Shown here in pieces: positions 14,344 through 27,360 of a stretch of DNA of 64,000 nt. The stretch spans positions 73,594,001 to 73,658,000 of the forward strand of contig NC_043008.1 in the NCBI RefSeq assembly GCF_006345805.1. Direction: 5' to 3'. A model generated the notes under the pieces. That model was given only the letters and a program-made list of their open reading frames with translations, was not told the DNA's origin and did not search any database. Within the stretch, counting starts at the first letter, position 1. Each line of letters begins with the position of its first letter. This stretch comes from Octopus sinensis. Lineage: Eukaryota. The translations under genes and the position numbers were made by a program.

Positions 14344-14360
14344 GATTATAATAATAATAA

Positions 14361-14560
14361 TGGATATTCGTTGACATAATGGTACCAGCAGGTAAGATCA
14401 TTTTGCAGAAAATGAATGAGGTAGCAGTAACGTATCAAGACCTGGCATTTGAATTGAATCGTGTTCATAAAGCGTCATGTGTGTTATTCATGCATTTGGA
14501 AACATCTCAAAGCACACAAAACCCTGGCATGGGAAACTGAAACGAGATATCATCGAAAGT
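14361..14560 (+). mobile_element. Second R4/Dong-type fragment (RLE endonuclease region)
   Basis: Frame from 14361 reads WIFVDIMVPAGKIILQKMNEVAVTYQDLAFELNRVHKAS, resembling the RLE 'D..VP.D.....E.EK..KYQDL..E' motif. Starts right after (AAT)n. Confidence 0.6.
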
Positions 14561-15033
14561 AGACGCATGACTTCAAGCTACAGATAAAAGCTGAGATATG
14601 GCGTGGATAACTCCGAATAACACTAGAACTAGAGATAATCGCGATAATAATTATCATAATATCTGAGTTAGACAGAAAACCATCAATTTTGAGTAAAGAG
14701 CTTTAATTATGTGATTAGTACTCCATCGTCCTGACCCTGGAGGAATAAAAAGTAAAGTTGATCTCAAAGAAAATTGAACTCGCATAAAGAGCCAGAAAAA
14801 AATGCAAGAGAAGTTGTCAATTCCAACACACCGTAGAATAATAGCTGCATCACGTATTATTAAAAGCATACGTAAACATAACCAAAAATCAGCAACTTAC
14901 AAATAGGTATAATACGAAAATAGCACTGCTAGGCACAACATGTATATAACAAAGAATTCTACAACGCATACACACCATTCTGAATAATGCGCCACTAGAA
15001 CACTACAAGTTACTGTATATGCATACACACACG

Positions 15034-15038
<5 letters not shown>

Positions 15039-15090
<52 letters not shown>

Positions 15091-15263
15091 ATCCATCCAT
15101 CCTCCATCCATCCATCCATCCATCCATCCATCCATCCATCCATCCTCCATCCATCCATCCATCCTCCATCCATCCATCCATCCATCCATCCATCCATCCA
15201 TCCATCCATCCATCCATCCATCTATCTATCTATCTATCTATCTATATATATATATATATATAT
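15039..15263. repeat. (TA)n/(ATCC)n/(ATCT)n compound microsatellite
   Basis: Visible directly; source of the MDGW/IHPS ORFs. Confidence 0.95.
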
Positions 15264-16369
15264 ATGTCCATATCCACGCATTCACCCATTCGTCTGCAAA
15301 TAGCTTTATAGTCATTGTATACATAGGATTCTTTCATCATTATAGAAAAAGTCAAAACATTTCCTATACACGAGGATGCATGTAATGAAAACATGACCAC
15401 TGAAAATAATTTTTCTCTTAAACATAAAGAGGGAATTAATTGGAGGTGTTTCTTAGACACTTTATAAGAATAGTTCATAGCGGTATTTGAACTCAGAATT
15501 TGTATTGCGAATTGGGAAAAACGTAGCTATATAGCGCAAGGCATTTTGTCCTCCGTTCTACCACCTCCACTAAGATATTAGATTCAAAGATAATGTTCTA
15601 ACCCTATTGTACGTTCTTCCTTAACAATAGCTCTGTTATGAAACTGCTTAAGTCAATTGTAAATGTTGTGGAAATACTAAAATACTTTCATTTATTGCTT
15701 ATCTATCTCAATGTTTTATCTCTTTCATCTTTTTCTATTGAGCGTATCAGTTCTCTAAAGACAAACTTCAATGAAGCTATCTCACTTCTCTATATCATAA
15801 AAAAGGTATCCCATTCTAATATATTGTATTCTAGATTAACACCTTAAATAGACTTATGGAAGTTCAATCAGAAAGTCTAGTCCATAAGCGTATCAGACAA
15901 TTGATCGAAGGCTTATGGGTTCGTTTCCCATTATCAGCACTCTACTGCATTTATGGCCAATACATAAAACTATTGTTGGCGCAATCGACCTACCTGTTAA
16001 TAGGTACATAGAACTTATACAGCAGCCTGCTATGAGAAGACATCTAAATTCTTTACAATCGTTAAATTGCATCGACAAAAAGAAATATATTGGTAAACCA
16101 CTCCAGACTATTTATACTTTTAATTTGAAACTAGCAAGGATGAAGACAAATTTGAAAGGGTATCTTTGAATTTGAAACATTTCATTATAACTACAAATAC
16201 ATCTACGGTGTGTATTGAAATATGCATACGCATGCAAATTATTTTCAGTGAGTTGTCAGATAAATTTGTCTGTTAGTTTCGATTTAGTTTGAACACTATT
16301 CTTTTACCAACAGTTTTAGCAAATCAGGTGATAACTCTTTGCCAACATTTCACTTACTTGTGAATGTTT

Positions 16370-17130
16370 TGACATAGAAATCAGAGCCTTGTCTGGAAGA
16401 ATTAATTGAGCCTCGTTTTCAGCTCATCATAGTTGAACGAAACGCCTCGCATCGGTTAAAGAACAACCAAAAATGCTAATAATCTGAAGGCGCTATATCA
16501 AGAGAATAAAGTGGAGCCTCCCAACCGAACTCTTGAATAGTATTTTTTGTCGAATTGAAGGCAAGCATTGTTGTGTTGAAGGAGTATGCTGTGTCCCAGG
16601 CTGGATCATTTCAGCTGAGGTGCCGCAATGAGACGAAATATTTGCTGAACGTCTTGCATGAATGCACACTAGCTCGGTTTAAGTTGTTGCTTCTTTCTTG
16701 GCAGTCGGCCATTCTTTCCTACATATTGATGTAAAGACACGAATTTTCATTGTCGTTGTCGATGCGAGAACCGCTGTTTGGGTCCACGAGTAAGCCTGTA
16801 GCGATTTTGTTTTTTGCATTTGTTCAGAACGTGTGTGCTCAAAGATTTTAGGCCTCACCCTCCAAGTAAAGGTGATGGGCGACGATATCATGAGTGTATC
16901 TCATCGCTAGGGCAAATTCCCGAATGGATTAGTGCGGATCTTCATAGGTGAGTTCCTACGAGTCTGTGCAATCGAATTACTCCTCCATGAAGCTAGAAAC
17001 TATTTCTTTGAAGTTCATTTAATAACAATGCCTTCTTCGTGCAGAGAAAAAGTGTCTTGAGAGACTTTGACAGCTTTGAGAAGTAGGTGTTGAAAATGCT
17101 CACGTTTCTTACTTGGCATCCCATCACCAT
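16370..17130 (-). mobile_element. Heavily decayed mariner transposase relic
   Basis: Minus-strand pieces 'KREHFQHLLL', 'EDPH*SIREFA', C-terminal 'GVSFNYDELKTRLN*FF' follow mariner transposase order. No TIRs found. Confidence 0.55.
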
Positions 17131-17164
17131 ATGCTTGAAAAGAGCGAAAATATACTCAAATTTC

Positions 17165-17335
17165 ACAAACGATGTTGGTGTGTTTGCGACTCCGTAACTT
17201 ATTAGTTCGGTAAAAGAGACCGATAGAATAAGTACTACGCTTATAAAGAATAAATCCTGGGGTCAATTCGTTCAACTAAAAGTGGTGCTCCAGCATGGCC
17301 GTTATCAAATGACTGACACAAGTAAAAGAATAAAT
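17165..17335 (+). mobile_element. SINE family A, 3' half
   Basis: 'aaaagagaccgatagaataagtact...gtggtgctccagcatggcc...acaagtaaaagaa'. Confidence 0.85.
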
Positions 17336-17352
17336 AAGTATGCCGCTTTAAT

Positions 17353-17377
17353 CCGGAGCAACGCCGGGTATCTCTAG
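17353..17377 (+). mobile_element. Isolated Helitron-type 3' terminus (hairpin plus CTAG)
   Basis: CCGGAGCAACGCCGG followed by CTAG at 17374-17377; nearly the same as the 3' end of 26303-26819. The matching 5' end was not located. Confidence 0.4.
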
Positions 17378-18289
17378 AAGAGCGCGATTATTCTTTTGTT
17401 GATGTCGATTGTTTACATGAGTTGCATGTTGCATTGTTTTCTTCAGCCTTTGTTATCTATGATTTCATTTGTGGTTTTCTTCGTCTTATTTGCTAAATTC
17501 AAAGAATGTTCAATTTTTACTTCCCTGGCTTAACTGATCTTCATATGTATATTCTTTCTCAGATCATGTTTGCCTAAAGATCCTCATTTTCTTAATTCAG
17601 TATTTGTTCGCTGATTACGTTTTCCACTTGTCTATTGTGCTTATATAATTGTCACTTATTAAGTGTTCCGATCAGCAAGTATCCTACATATTCACGAGGA
17701 TATTATATTTCATATCCTATTTTATTAAAGTATCATTCGTGGTACTTCATAATTTATCAAGTACCTAAAGATGTTTTCATAAACTCTGTATGGGTTTTAT
17801 ATTTCATATATTATTATCTCCATGATTTCTACATTCCAAGCAGCACATGTACATGCATATGCGCACGCACAAACAAGCACACAAACACACAGAGTCATCG
17901 AACATTTTACGCAATAGGTAACAAGTGTGGGTCGGAAGTAGGGTCACCGGATTTTGAATACACGGAGTTGTTAAGAAGGAATTGATATATTTCTAATTAT
18001 CTAAGACTAGTGCTCCAATAGGTTTGATCCGATTGTGTACGAATACTCGGAAGAGTTTATCTGAATATCAGACTTTCACTGACTCCATACTGTAATGGTT
18101 ATATGTACAATATATATCATATTTTGATAAATGAGTCTAGGGTTGTTGCATTGCTGCAGACTTCTCACTCTTTGATAAACTCCCTCGGTACTTATTTAAT
18201 ACGTTAGTTTTCCCTCTACTTCATTTATTGGGTATCCTAATCGTGATTTCCTTCGTTTCAAATGGAATTTTCAGCTATAATTATGTTCA

Positions 18290-18440
18290 TGTGTGTATGT
18301 GCATGTATGTATGTATGTATGTATGTATGTATGTATGTATGTATGTATGTATGTATGTATGTATGTATGTATGTATGTATGTATGTATGTATGTATGTAT
18401 GTATGTATGTATGTATGTGCGCGTGTTTGTGTGTGTGTGT
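18290..18440. repeat. (TATG)n microsatellite
   Basis: Visible directly. Confidence 0.95.
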
Positions 18441-18866
18441 ATTTGTGATTAAATGTGTGTTTTAATAGTGGATGCATAATAGCACATATCAAAGCATTGG
18501 CATCAGTAGCTGGGTTGTTAGAACATCGAGTAAGATAACGCTACCTTTCCTAGCTCTCTGCACACTGAGGTTAAATCTTGCCTAAGTCATCTTTATTTTT
18601 ATCATTCTGAAGACAAGAAATCAAGTATCATTATTGTGGGATTGTTAGACAAGATGCCTTGCAACATCTGTTTCATTTCTTTCCGTCCTGAATTCAAATC
18701 GTGCTTCCTCTAACTGAAAAATGGCAGGTCCTTTTCAGCTAATCAATAATCGGAGCACCCTTGAGCCGTCCTTTACCACGTCTACAAGTATTTCAAAATA
18801 TCGTTCTTAATGCTAACACAGCAGTTGACAATACAGATTATAAGGCGTCTGTTCTTTTGATAATCG

Positions 18867-18905
<39 letters not shown>

Positions 18906-18953
18906 TATATATGCACACAAAAATATATAAATACATACATACACACATATATA

Positions 18954-20111
18954 TCACGTCATTCAGAATGAAATGTTTGGTTTTGAACTAAAAGTTCATC
19001 ATACTTTATCTCAATAAAAAGCAACGCCGTTAATGAAGCAAGAGGTGAGGAAATCACGGAAGGCTGTTTTTGCATATTCAGGTTTGAAGTTTTTTCTTTG
19101 CAAAAAGTTGTCTAATGCCTAGAAAGTATGATAGTCAGTTGGTACAAGGTCTGGTGAATATGTTGGATGACAAAGTACTTCCAAGTTCAGTTCCTGTAAC
19201 TTGAGTAGCGATTTTTGTGCAATATGTGGTCGAGTGTTGTGTTGCAAGAGAATTAGCCTGTGTCTATTGTTCACTCATCATTTCATCCAATGTATACATC
19301 GGCTGTAATTTACTTACCAAGTCTCACAAAGTTGTAATGGATGACACCAGCACAGAACCACCAAAGAGACACCATTAGCATGTTTTGGTGAATATTCACC
19401 TTTGGATTGTGTTTTGGCACTTCGTCTCTATCCAACCACCGTGCAGAACTCCTGCTATTGTTGAAAAGAATCCATTTTTCATTACACGTAACAATACGAT
19501 GTCAAAATGGTTCGCTTATATGTCGTGACAGCAAAGAACAGCAAGTTTCAAGACGGCATATCATTTGATGCTCGTTCAGTTCGTGTGGTACCCACTTGTC
19601 CAGTGTCTTTAACTTTCCGATTTGTTTCAGAAGATCCAATACAATTGCAATCGTAATGTCAAACCTTGCTGCTAACTCACGCGTAGTATCCGCTTCTACT
19701 ACATTTCTAGCTCATCATTATACACCGTGCTCTCAGGTCTGCCACTGGCCTGATTTTCAAAAGTAAAGTCACCAGAACGGAATTTCTCAAACCACCGTGT
19801 ACAGTGTGCTCATTCGCCACATCTTCACCAAACACCTCATTGATATTTCGCGCTGTCTGGGATGCATTGTGTCCACAACAGCATTCATATTCATAAACAA
19901 CAAGAATTTTTTGTCTATCCGTGGGTTCACAAAAGTTGATTTACAAGACAAAACTCACAATATAGTGGGACATCATGAATAGCATTTCAAAAAGTGATGA
20001 TGTAACTCTTCAATGTAGTAAAATAAAAAATTGTCAGGATAAAACTTCAGAGCTAGCGACTCTCAAATTTGGTGCATAAGAAAATCGGGCATTTCATTCT
20101 TAATGACCTGA
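18954..20111 (-). mobile_element. Mariner element with both TIRs and TA target duplication; transposase pseudogenised
   Basis: Left TA|TCACGTCATTCAGAATGAAATG, right (reverse complement) TA|TCAGGTCATTAAGAATGAAATG. Minus frame 'HRIVTCNEKWILFNNSRSSARWLDRDEVPKHNPKVNIHQNMLMVSLWW' (decayed TGDEKW). Confidence 0.85.
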
Positions 20112-21690
20112 TAATATATGCAGTTGTCCCTCGACTTATGGATTATTCATTTTGAAATTACGGTAAAATTAGTTGTAATGTGAAATCTATGATTATTTCA
20201 CATGCATGAGCGTGTATGTTTAAACAAAAATTATTAGGAAACCTACTTTTAACATCATATCACTTAAATGTTATCGAAATTCTTCGAAATTTATTTGAGA
20301 AATAGCAAGAAATATGAGATTTATATTTCTGTTTAACTTTGCAAGAGGCAATAACTACCGAAAATTTAAACAAAATTTACCGTTTACATTACTTAATTTT
20401 TACCAGTTACGTAATTTCTTTTTTGAATTTTATACATAGTAGGATGAGTAATAAGGAACATAATGTAAATGCGTTAAACAAATTTTGCTTAAATCTCGGT
20501 ACTTATTGCTTCTTGTTCATTCAAGCAAAATTGAGTCAGTTAAATGTTTTAGCATTTAATGTACAAGTTTGATTCATTTCTCCCAGACTTACACAACTCT
20601 GCCACTCTTAATTTATGATATGCCACTTTGAAGTTAAGATACATAAATCGCTACATGGCTGGGAGAGTACCTCAAAAGACATTTAAGCGAGCTAAATATC
20701 CATACAGAAGGGTGTAACAAATCTAATATGGTGAGTTGAAATACTTTCATTTAGTGAGGTTATGGATGCAATTAAGAATCAACATGTCTTAAAGGGTATG
20801 TTAAATAAAAACTAAACGGGTGAGAGAAATAGTTTCAATAAATTCCCTACGAAAGTGTATCTTGTGTTGAAAGTCAAATGAAGAAACCGGCAGCTACGTT
20901 TCAGCCGTATTAAATGAGACAAGTGGTAGCAATGAGTTTCTCTGTGTATGTTTTTCCCATGAGTTTAATTATATATATATATATATAGAGAGAGAAGGAG
21001 TACCTGCACGTGAATGATGAAAGGTATGTGTATATATGTCGTATTAATTGAAGTAAAAGTTGTTACCGGCAGACAATACTGATGTGACGCCAGTGTGTTA
21101 GACATCATATATTGCTTCACCTGTGGACGACACACCACATTCATGTGGTGATTAAGGCTCCGCAATTCTATGTGAGCCCAATGCAGTTGGGCACAACTCA
21201 CCAGAAAAATACATCAGTTCAATAAGTGACTAGTCCTTTATATTATTGACTATGAAAAGAAGGAAGGCGAGTTGTCTTCGGTGGGAATTGAATCAAAAAC
21301 ACAAAGGCACGGAACAAATATTAAGCATTTTATTTAACGTTTTAATTATTTTACCAATCCTCCACTTTAGTCTTCCTAAAACTAGAATGTCTTGAGGCTG
21401 AAAACATATATCAACAAGTGGCTTGGAGATTATCTCTCATGAGGTGTCCTCCATATGAAGTACAGACACACAGTCTCACATATATTATATAGCTAGTTCA
21501 ATAACTGTTTTTTTTTACTTAAATTTATCTATGTAATTATTAAACAGGTATGGTTTAAAATTGAAAATATTAAGTAATAATGGAAGGTTTCTAAAACTGT
21601 GCGTTACTATATTTGTACTTGATATGCAGAACACTGCCCTGGGTTGTTTCCCTCCGTTATATTATTAATAACGCATAATCGTTAGATATA

Positions 21691-21910
21691 TGTAAGGCGG
21701 CGAACAGTCAGATTTGTTAGCACGCCGAGCAAAATGCTTCTTGTCATTTCGTCCATCTTTGCGCTCTGAGTTCAGACTCCACCGACGTGGACTCCGTCTT
21801 TCATTCCTTCAGCTCTGATAAATTAAGCACCGGTTGAGCACAGTGGTCGATGTAATTGAATTACCTTGTCCTCCAAAACTGCTAGACACGTTCCAAAATT
21901 TGAAATCACT
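21691..21910 (+). mobile_element. SINE family B
   Basis: Head 'gtaaggcggcgaacagtcagatttgttagcacgccgagcaaaatgctt', B-box-like 'gagttcagactcc', body as in the other family B copies. Confidence 0.75.
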
Positions 21911-22089
21911 GCATTAGATACAAGGGACCTTTACCTATGTATATACTACAACACAGACACAGTTTGTCATTATTGAATCTGTGTACGTTAGTTTTAATTT
22001 TTCTTTTCTTAGAAGATTGAAATATAGAGTTTCAAATGTCAAATTAGAAATGGAAAAATAATTTCTTTAGAAATTAAAATTAAGACGTT

Positions 22090-23300
22090 AAATAAACTCC
22101 AAAACGGAAAGTATTCCACAAGGAAAGGGAAACCGTTTCATACATACGAATTGACTTTTAAAAGAATTAAGAGAAACTGAGAAAAACCAAATCTAACTTA
22201 ATCACAGGATCTTCAATAATACCAAAACACGTATGTACATTGTACTGCAATTGATACAATGGAGATAAAAACAATTCAAAACATTGCTTGTGGACAGTTT
22301 TGCTATACACGAAGAGGAATAAAGATTTATAAAACCACAAATGAAATATTTAATTATTCGTTACTGCAATTCCTTGACCAAAATTTTGGACAGTAAGGAA
22401 TGGCTTGAAGACTTTTAGAAATGAAGTCTTTCAGCTTAACTAATTGCATGATGACAGTAGATGAAACTGCTGAAGGATTACCTAAAACATTTGTAACAAA
22501 TTCTTATTCGTTATAATGATTTAGTGATGGAAAACCGCATTATTCTGAAAGAAAAGTTAAAAGGAAATTTTCCTATCAAAAATGGAAGAAATACCCGTTA
22601 GCTATTTTAAGCATCTCAGTATGAAATCATGTTAATATGCAGTAGCACATTAGGTGACAGTATCATGAAGCAGTTATTAATTAATAGAGCTCTTAATCCA
22701 CGTGCAGTGAGAGGATTGAATAAAAATACTCTCTTAGTTCATTGATGTGTAAATAAAAGTGTCATGGATGGCTGCTTCAAGATTCAAAAACTTGCTGTTT
22801 TCTCAAAACTTTCAAGTTCCTGAAGCTAACATTAATGCCTAAGAAAATAGGATAGCATTTACTTAAAAAATGTTATTGCTTTTACTAATTAATGACGCTC
22901 CTTCACATCGTAATTTAAAATACTGTAATGATCAAATTCTGTTCTTACCACACATTGTGATACCACTTATCAAATCATTAGATCAAGAAATAATATCTAA
23001 TTTGAAGACAAATTATGTGTAAGATGCATATAAAAATATTAGGCGATAACATGAAGAAAATCACTTTATATGCAAACTAGAATGTAGTTTTTGTAAGAGT
23101 ATTTCTGAATTGTATTAATATCGATATAAGAGAACTTTCAAACTCAAACATTGTGTTGTCGAGGATATTCTGGAATTGCTTACAGAACAAGTGTTAAATG
23201 AAATTTTCACTAGTATGTTTTACTATAATTCAAGAAACAAATTCTCAGAGTACTGCAAAATTTGCAAAGAATAGTCTACAAATGGCCACAAATCCGGAAG
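22090..23300 (+). mobile_element. Decayed pogo/Tigger-type (DDE_1) transposase relic
   Basis: 'NPRAVRGLNKNTL', 'LLLLINDAPSH', 'LFLPHIVIPLIKSLDQEIISNLKTNY' correspond to the pogo motifs NPRALK, LLLDNAPSH and FLPPNTTS.IQPMDQGII. Many stops. Confidence 0.65.
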
Positions 23301-24691
23301 CTCATTTCATTTATAATGATCCTGATGTGGAGCATATTTTAACATTTCAGAAATACAGCACCGGAGGGAAGTGGAAGGACAGTCTCATCATGATTTGAAA
23401 ACACTTTGCACTCATAAAAACCACAGATTTTCTGAGATAGTCGGGAATACTGAACCAGAAATAACTATATTGCTGGAGATCTTCAACCAATGGTAATGAA
23501 TGAAATATAAAATACAGTGATGAAATATACATATAATGGTCATGTATAGGATATTCATTTTTAATCACATTTTAACAAGTATTTAATTATATTTGGTTTA
23601 TGGCTTTGAATTAAAAAAGTTGGAAAAAAATTAATTTCTTCGTCCTTGTTTTATATGAAATTCCTTTGTCAGGTGCTTTCACAAACAGTCTATCGTTTGC
23701 TCGGAGGCCATCTGTTTCATATAGAGTTATATAATCCTTGAGTAGACTGCAAATTTCGATGTAACCCACACATATATACATATGTATGTGTGTGTATTTA
23801 TCGACAAACAGTCCACGTGGTCTGAGAAAGTAATGAAAATAATTTTGATCGTCCTTATACTCCTCTGGGAAGAAGGATGAAATCTTGCTTTCGAGGGAAA
23901 AAGTGCCAAGTGCTAGAACGTTTCTGTGGAATGCAGGGTGAAAGGATTGCAAGCATGGCTATTCCCAGCTGAATTTGTAGCGGACTCCCTCCCTCTCATT
24001 AGAGAAATAGCTTATCGAGAATGAGAGAGAGGGAGATAGAGAGAGAAGACTTAAGTTGTAAGTCAGGTGAAGATGAGTAGTCAGTTGGTCACCACTTCCA
24101 ACACACAAGCGGTAGTGTATTACAGTTCAGAATACAAATACTCAATGCTCATCGAATACCGTCTAATGGCATCAGTCGCTGATAGTTAAAGCTACATTTA
24201 CTACAGGTGAATGAAACGAATAATTGTACATTTAGCTTTTGCTTTCCAATATGCAACTGTTTCTGTAAAAGAATCTCACTCAATTGCATTCACTTATAAC
24301 CATCACCCGACACGAAATATTTTAACTCTGATTGCAACAAAAACCGTGGTGAGCTTATTTTTTAAATATAATTTTTGGTTTGAGAGGTTTCATTGCAATA
24401 TGCAGCCACCAAGAGACCACACATCCTTCATAATGCGACACGCGGTGTTAGTGTAATAGTACATTCAACGACTTTGATGAGGTATTTCCTTCCAGATAAT
24501 CAATTATGATGTGTATAGAAGTTACAGTTATATCTATAACAGTCTGCATGATATCACAACCTACACAATACACTGTCAGAACATGAATCCAATATCGATT
24601 CCATCAGAGGGAAAGACCTACTCATAAATTTAGGTATATAGAAAATAGCTACGCACGTGGACTGATACATACATTTATATAAAAACACCCA

Positions 24692-24774
<83 letters not shown>

Positions 24775-25012
24775 CATATATATATGTATGTATGTATATA
24801 CATATACACAAACACACACACACACACATATATCTATACTTCCATGTACTTATCCACACATACATGTTCCATTAAATTATGTTTTAGAGACTAACATACG
24901 ACTAATAGAATGCAACAAAATAACAGCAAAGCTAAAGGTAGGAAAATAGATAATTTCTACAGAGGTAAGCGAGTAGTTGCAATAGAACACAATACACAGA
25001 TAAGAGTATATG

Positions 25013-25040
<28 letters not shown>

Positions 25041-25043
<3 letters not shown>

Positions 25044-25435
25044 TAATTATAATAAAGGATTAATTGCAACAAGTTGCTCAAAACCACATACCGAAAATAT
25101 TAGAAATAGCAACCAAATTGATCGCTATTTCTCCTACTAATAAAAAAGTCTCCACAAACAAACAGAATTTGTAACCCGTATATGGTAAAAAGAAAGAAAA
25201 TAACGAAATCCCAGCCTATGGATTAATTATAGACGAGTCGTTTCTTAATTAATCCATAGGCTGGGATTTCGTTATTTTCTTTCTTTTTACCATATACGGG
25301 TTACAAATTATGTTTGTTTGTGGAGACTTTTTTTATTAGTAGTAGAAATAGTGATCAATTTGGCTGCTATTTCTAATATTTTCGGCATATGGTTTTGAGC
25401 AACTTGTTGCAATTAACCCTTTATTATAATTAATA
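25041..25435. repeat. Imperfect long inverted repeat (~189-bp arms, 16-nt spacer) between (TA)n tracts
   Basis: 25041-25229 is the reverse complement of 25246-25435, with 7 substitutions and 1 indel counted by eye. Confidence 0.95.
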
Positions 25436-25526
25436 TAATTCTTACCAAATATGGTTTTTCCATACCGATAAATCTACTAGGTGAAATTTATTAATTTTAT
25501 TAAATTAATTATACTTCACCCTTTTT

Positions 25527-25583
<57 letters not shown>

Positions 25584-26302
25584 TAATTAACTACATCAAT
25601 TCAATCGAAAGTTTGAGTTTTGTAATTTAGAAATAAACACGCACTAAACAATTGATCGTATATATAGCTGCACACCTAATAAATCATATCTTTAGACAAA
25701 TAAGCATATGCATACGAATGTGTATATCCTTTGACTTCTACACTTACAAAGGAAGTAAATGTAACGAATGTCCGATAATTTCTGCATATCAAATAAGGAG
25801 TATTGCAACATTTGTTCCTCACCAATCTACATATCCGTCTTTACCACCATTGTCATTAATTGGTTCTTAAGTCTTTACTATACTTTGTCATATTGAGATA
25901 TATAATGAAATAACGGAATTTGCCTATGTTTTGTTCCATTATATGCAGGTTTGAAGGCACAGAAAGAACGAGAGTGGAATAAAGAGATTGATCATCAGTC
26001 AAAGATTATAATAACACCGAATACAAGAATAGTTTCGAAGTAAAGGTCAACGCTATTTTATACGTGCGACCTGGGTGTAAGTTGAAGACTGGGAATTCCT
26101 GGAACGTGGACAAAGTCGATAATCGTCGCTCCGCAGAATTCTTAGTTGTTCTTTTAGTTCTAATGGCTTGGAGTAGATTAAACACATATACATACACTCC
26201 TCACCACAGACAGGCATAAATGTGTATCCGTAAATATAAAAGTATATGTACATACATACACGCATACATATAGACATATATCTATCAACATTTATATGTG
26301 TA

Positions 26303-26819
26303 CTAGCAGTATCGCCCGGCGTTGCTCGGGTTTGTAAGGGAAATAAATATATAAGCATTTTTAGAGAGTTACTTCCCTTATAGATACCAATTCGGGCTTT
26401 CTTAGCCATTTCTGTTTTGGTGTCTTCAAGCCATGAAGTCGTTGTTATAAAAGAACGCTGGTCTCCTTGACAACGCTTTACGACTTTGATTTCCTTACAC
26501 TCCCTGCCCCACAGCTTCACGAGGGAGGAAAGAAGGGGGAGAAGCAAACACAGGTGCAGGTGTTTGAGCGTGGACGCCAACTCCGCCGCCATCGACACAC
26601 GAAAAATTATGCATTAAAATGGAATAAAAAATGATGTTAAATTATTTTAAAAATCGTAGACTCATCGTAGATGCGCACTAATAGCCAGACGGGCTCGATA
26701 TTAATCACGACTATAAGATACCCGAATTTGGTTAAACTGCACCGCAAAATGTGGGAGGAGTTAGGAATCTAAATCGAAGGGGACAGACACTCACACAACT
26801 ACAGTTTTATATATATAGA
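26303..26819 (-). mobile_element. Non-autonomous Helitron (517 bp)
   Basis: Minus strand reads A|TCTATATATATAAAA...CCCGAGCAACGCCGGG-8nt-CTAG|T: 5' TC, 3' hairpin plus CTAG, A/T insertion site, no TSD. Confidence 0.8.
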
Positions 26820-26929
26820 TATATGTGTGCGGGTATGTCTGTGTATGTTTGTTTGCATCTATATGTATACGTATGTATGTATATATATATATATAAATAT
26901 ATGCGCGCGCGTGTGTGTTTATATATGTA

Positions 26930-27002
<73 letters not shown>

Positions 27003-27290
27003 AATAATGACTATGAAGCATTGTGTAGAATTACAAATGCTGCTATATCGCCAGCATTCGTCAAATTCTTGAAAATGAGGTCATAAGCCCGAAATATTGA
27101 ATACGAGGTAAACCTACATTAATTCACATATTTGTTTTCTTGTGATTTACCTTGCATTTACTTTGCATTGCTTTGGTCTTACCCACGATTCTTTATACAA
27201 TGTGTACAGAGTGTAATATGAAATCAAGAAGTTAAATAAAGTATGATATCTATTCCTTTCTCATTTATTTTAGTTAATATGTATACATAT

Positions 27291-27360
<70 letters not shown>

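Noticed and set aside
20121-20140. Tigger-like TIR CAGTTGTCCCTCGACTTATG
   Set aside because: No convincing partner TIR, and it could not be linked to the pogo relic at 22090-23300.
25041-25435. ADAR-editing signature in the arm mismatches
   Set aside because: Only 3 of the 7 substitutions are A-to-G in one direction; the rest are mixed, too few to claim a bias.
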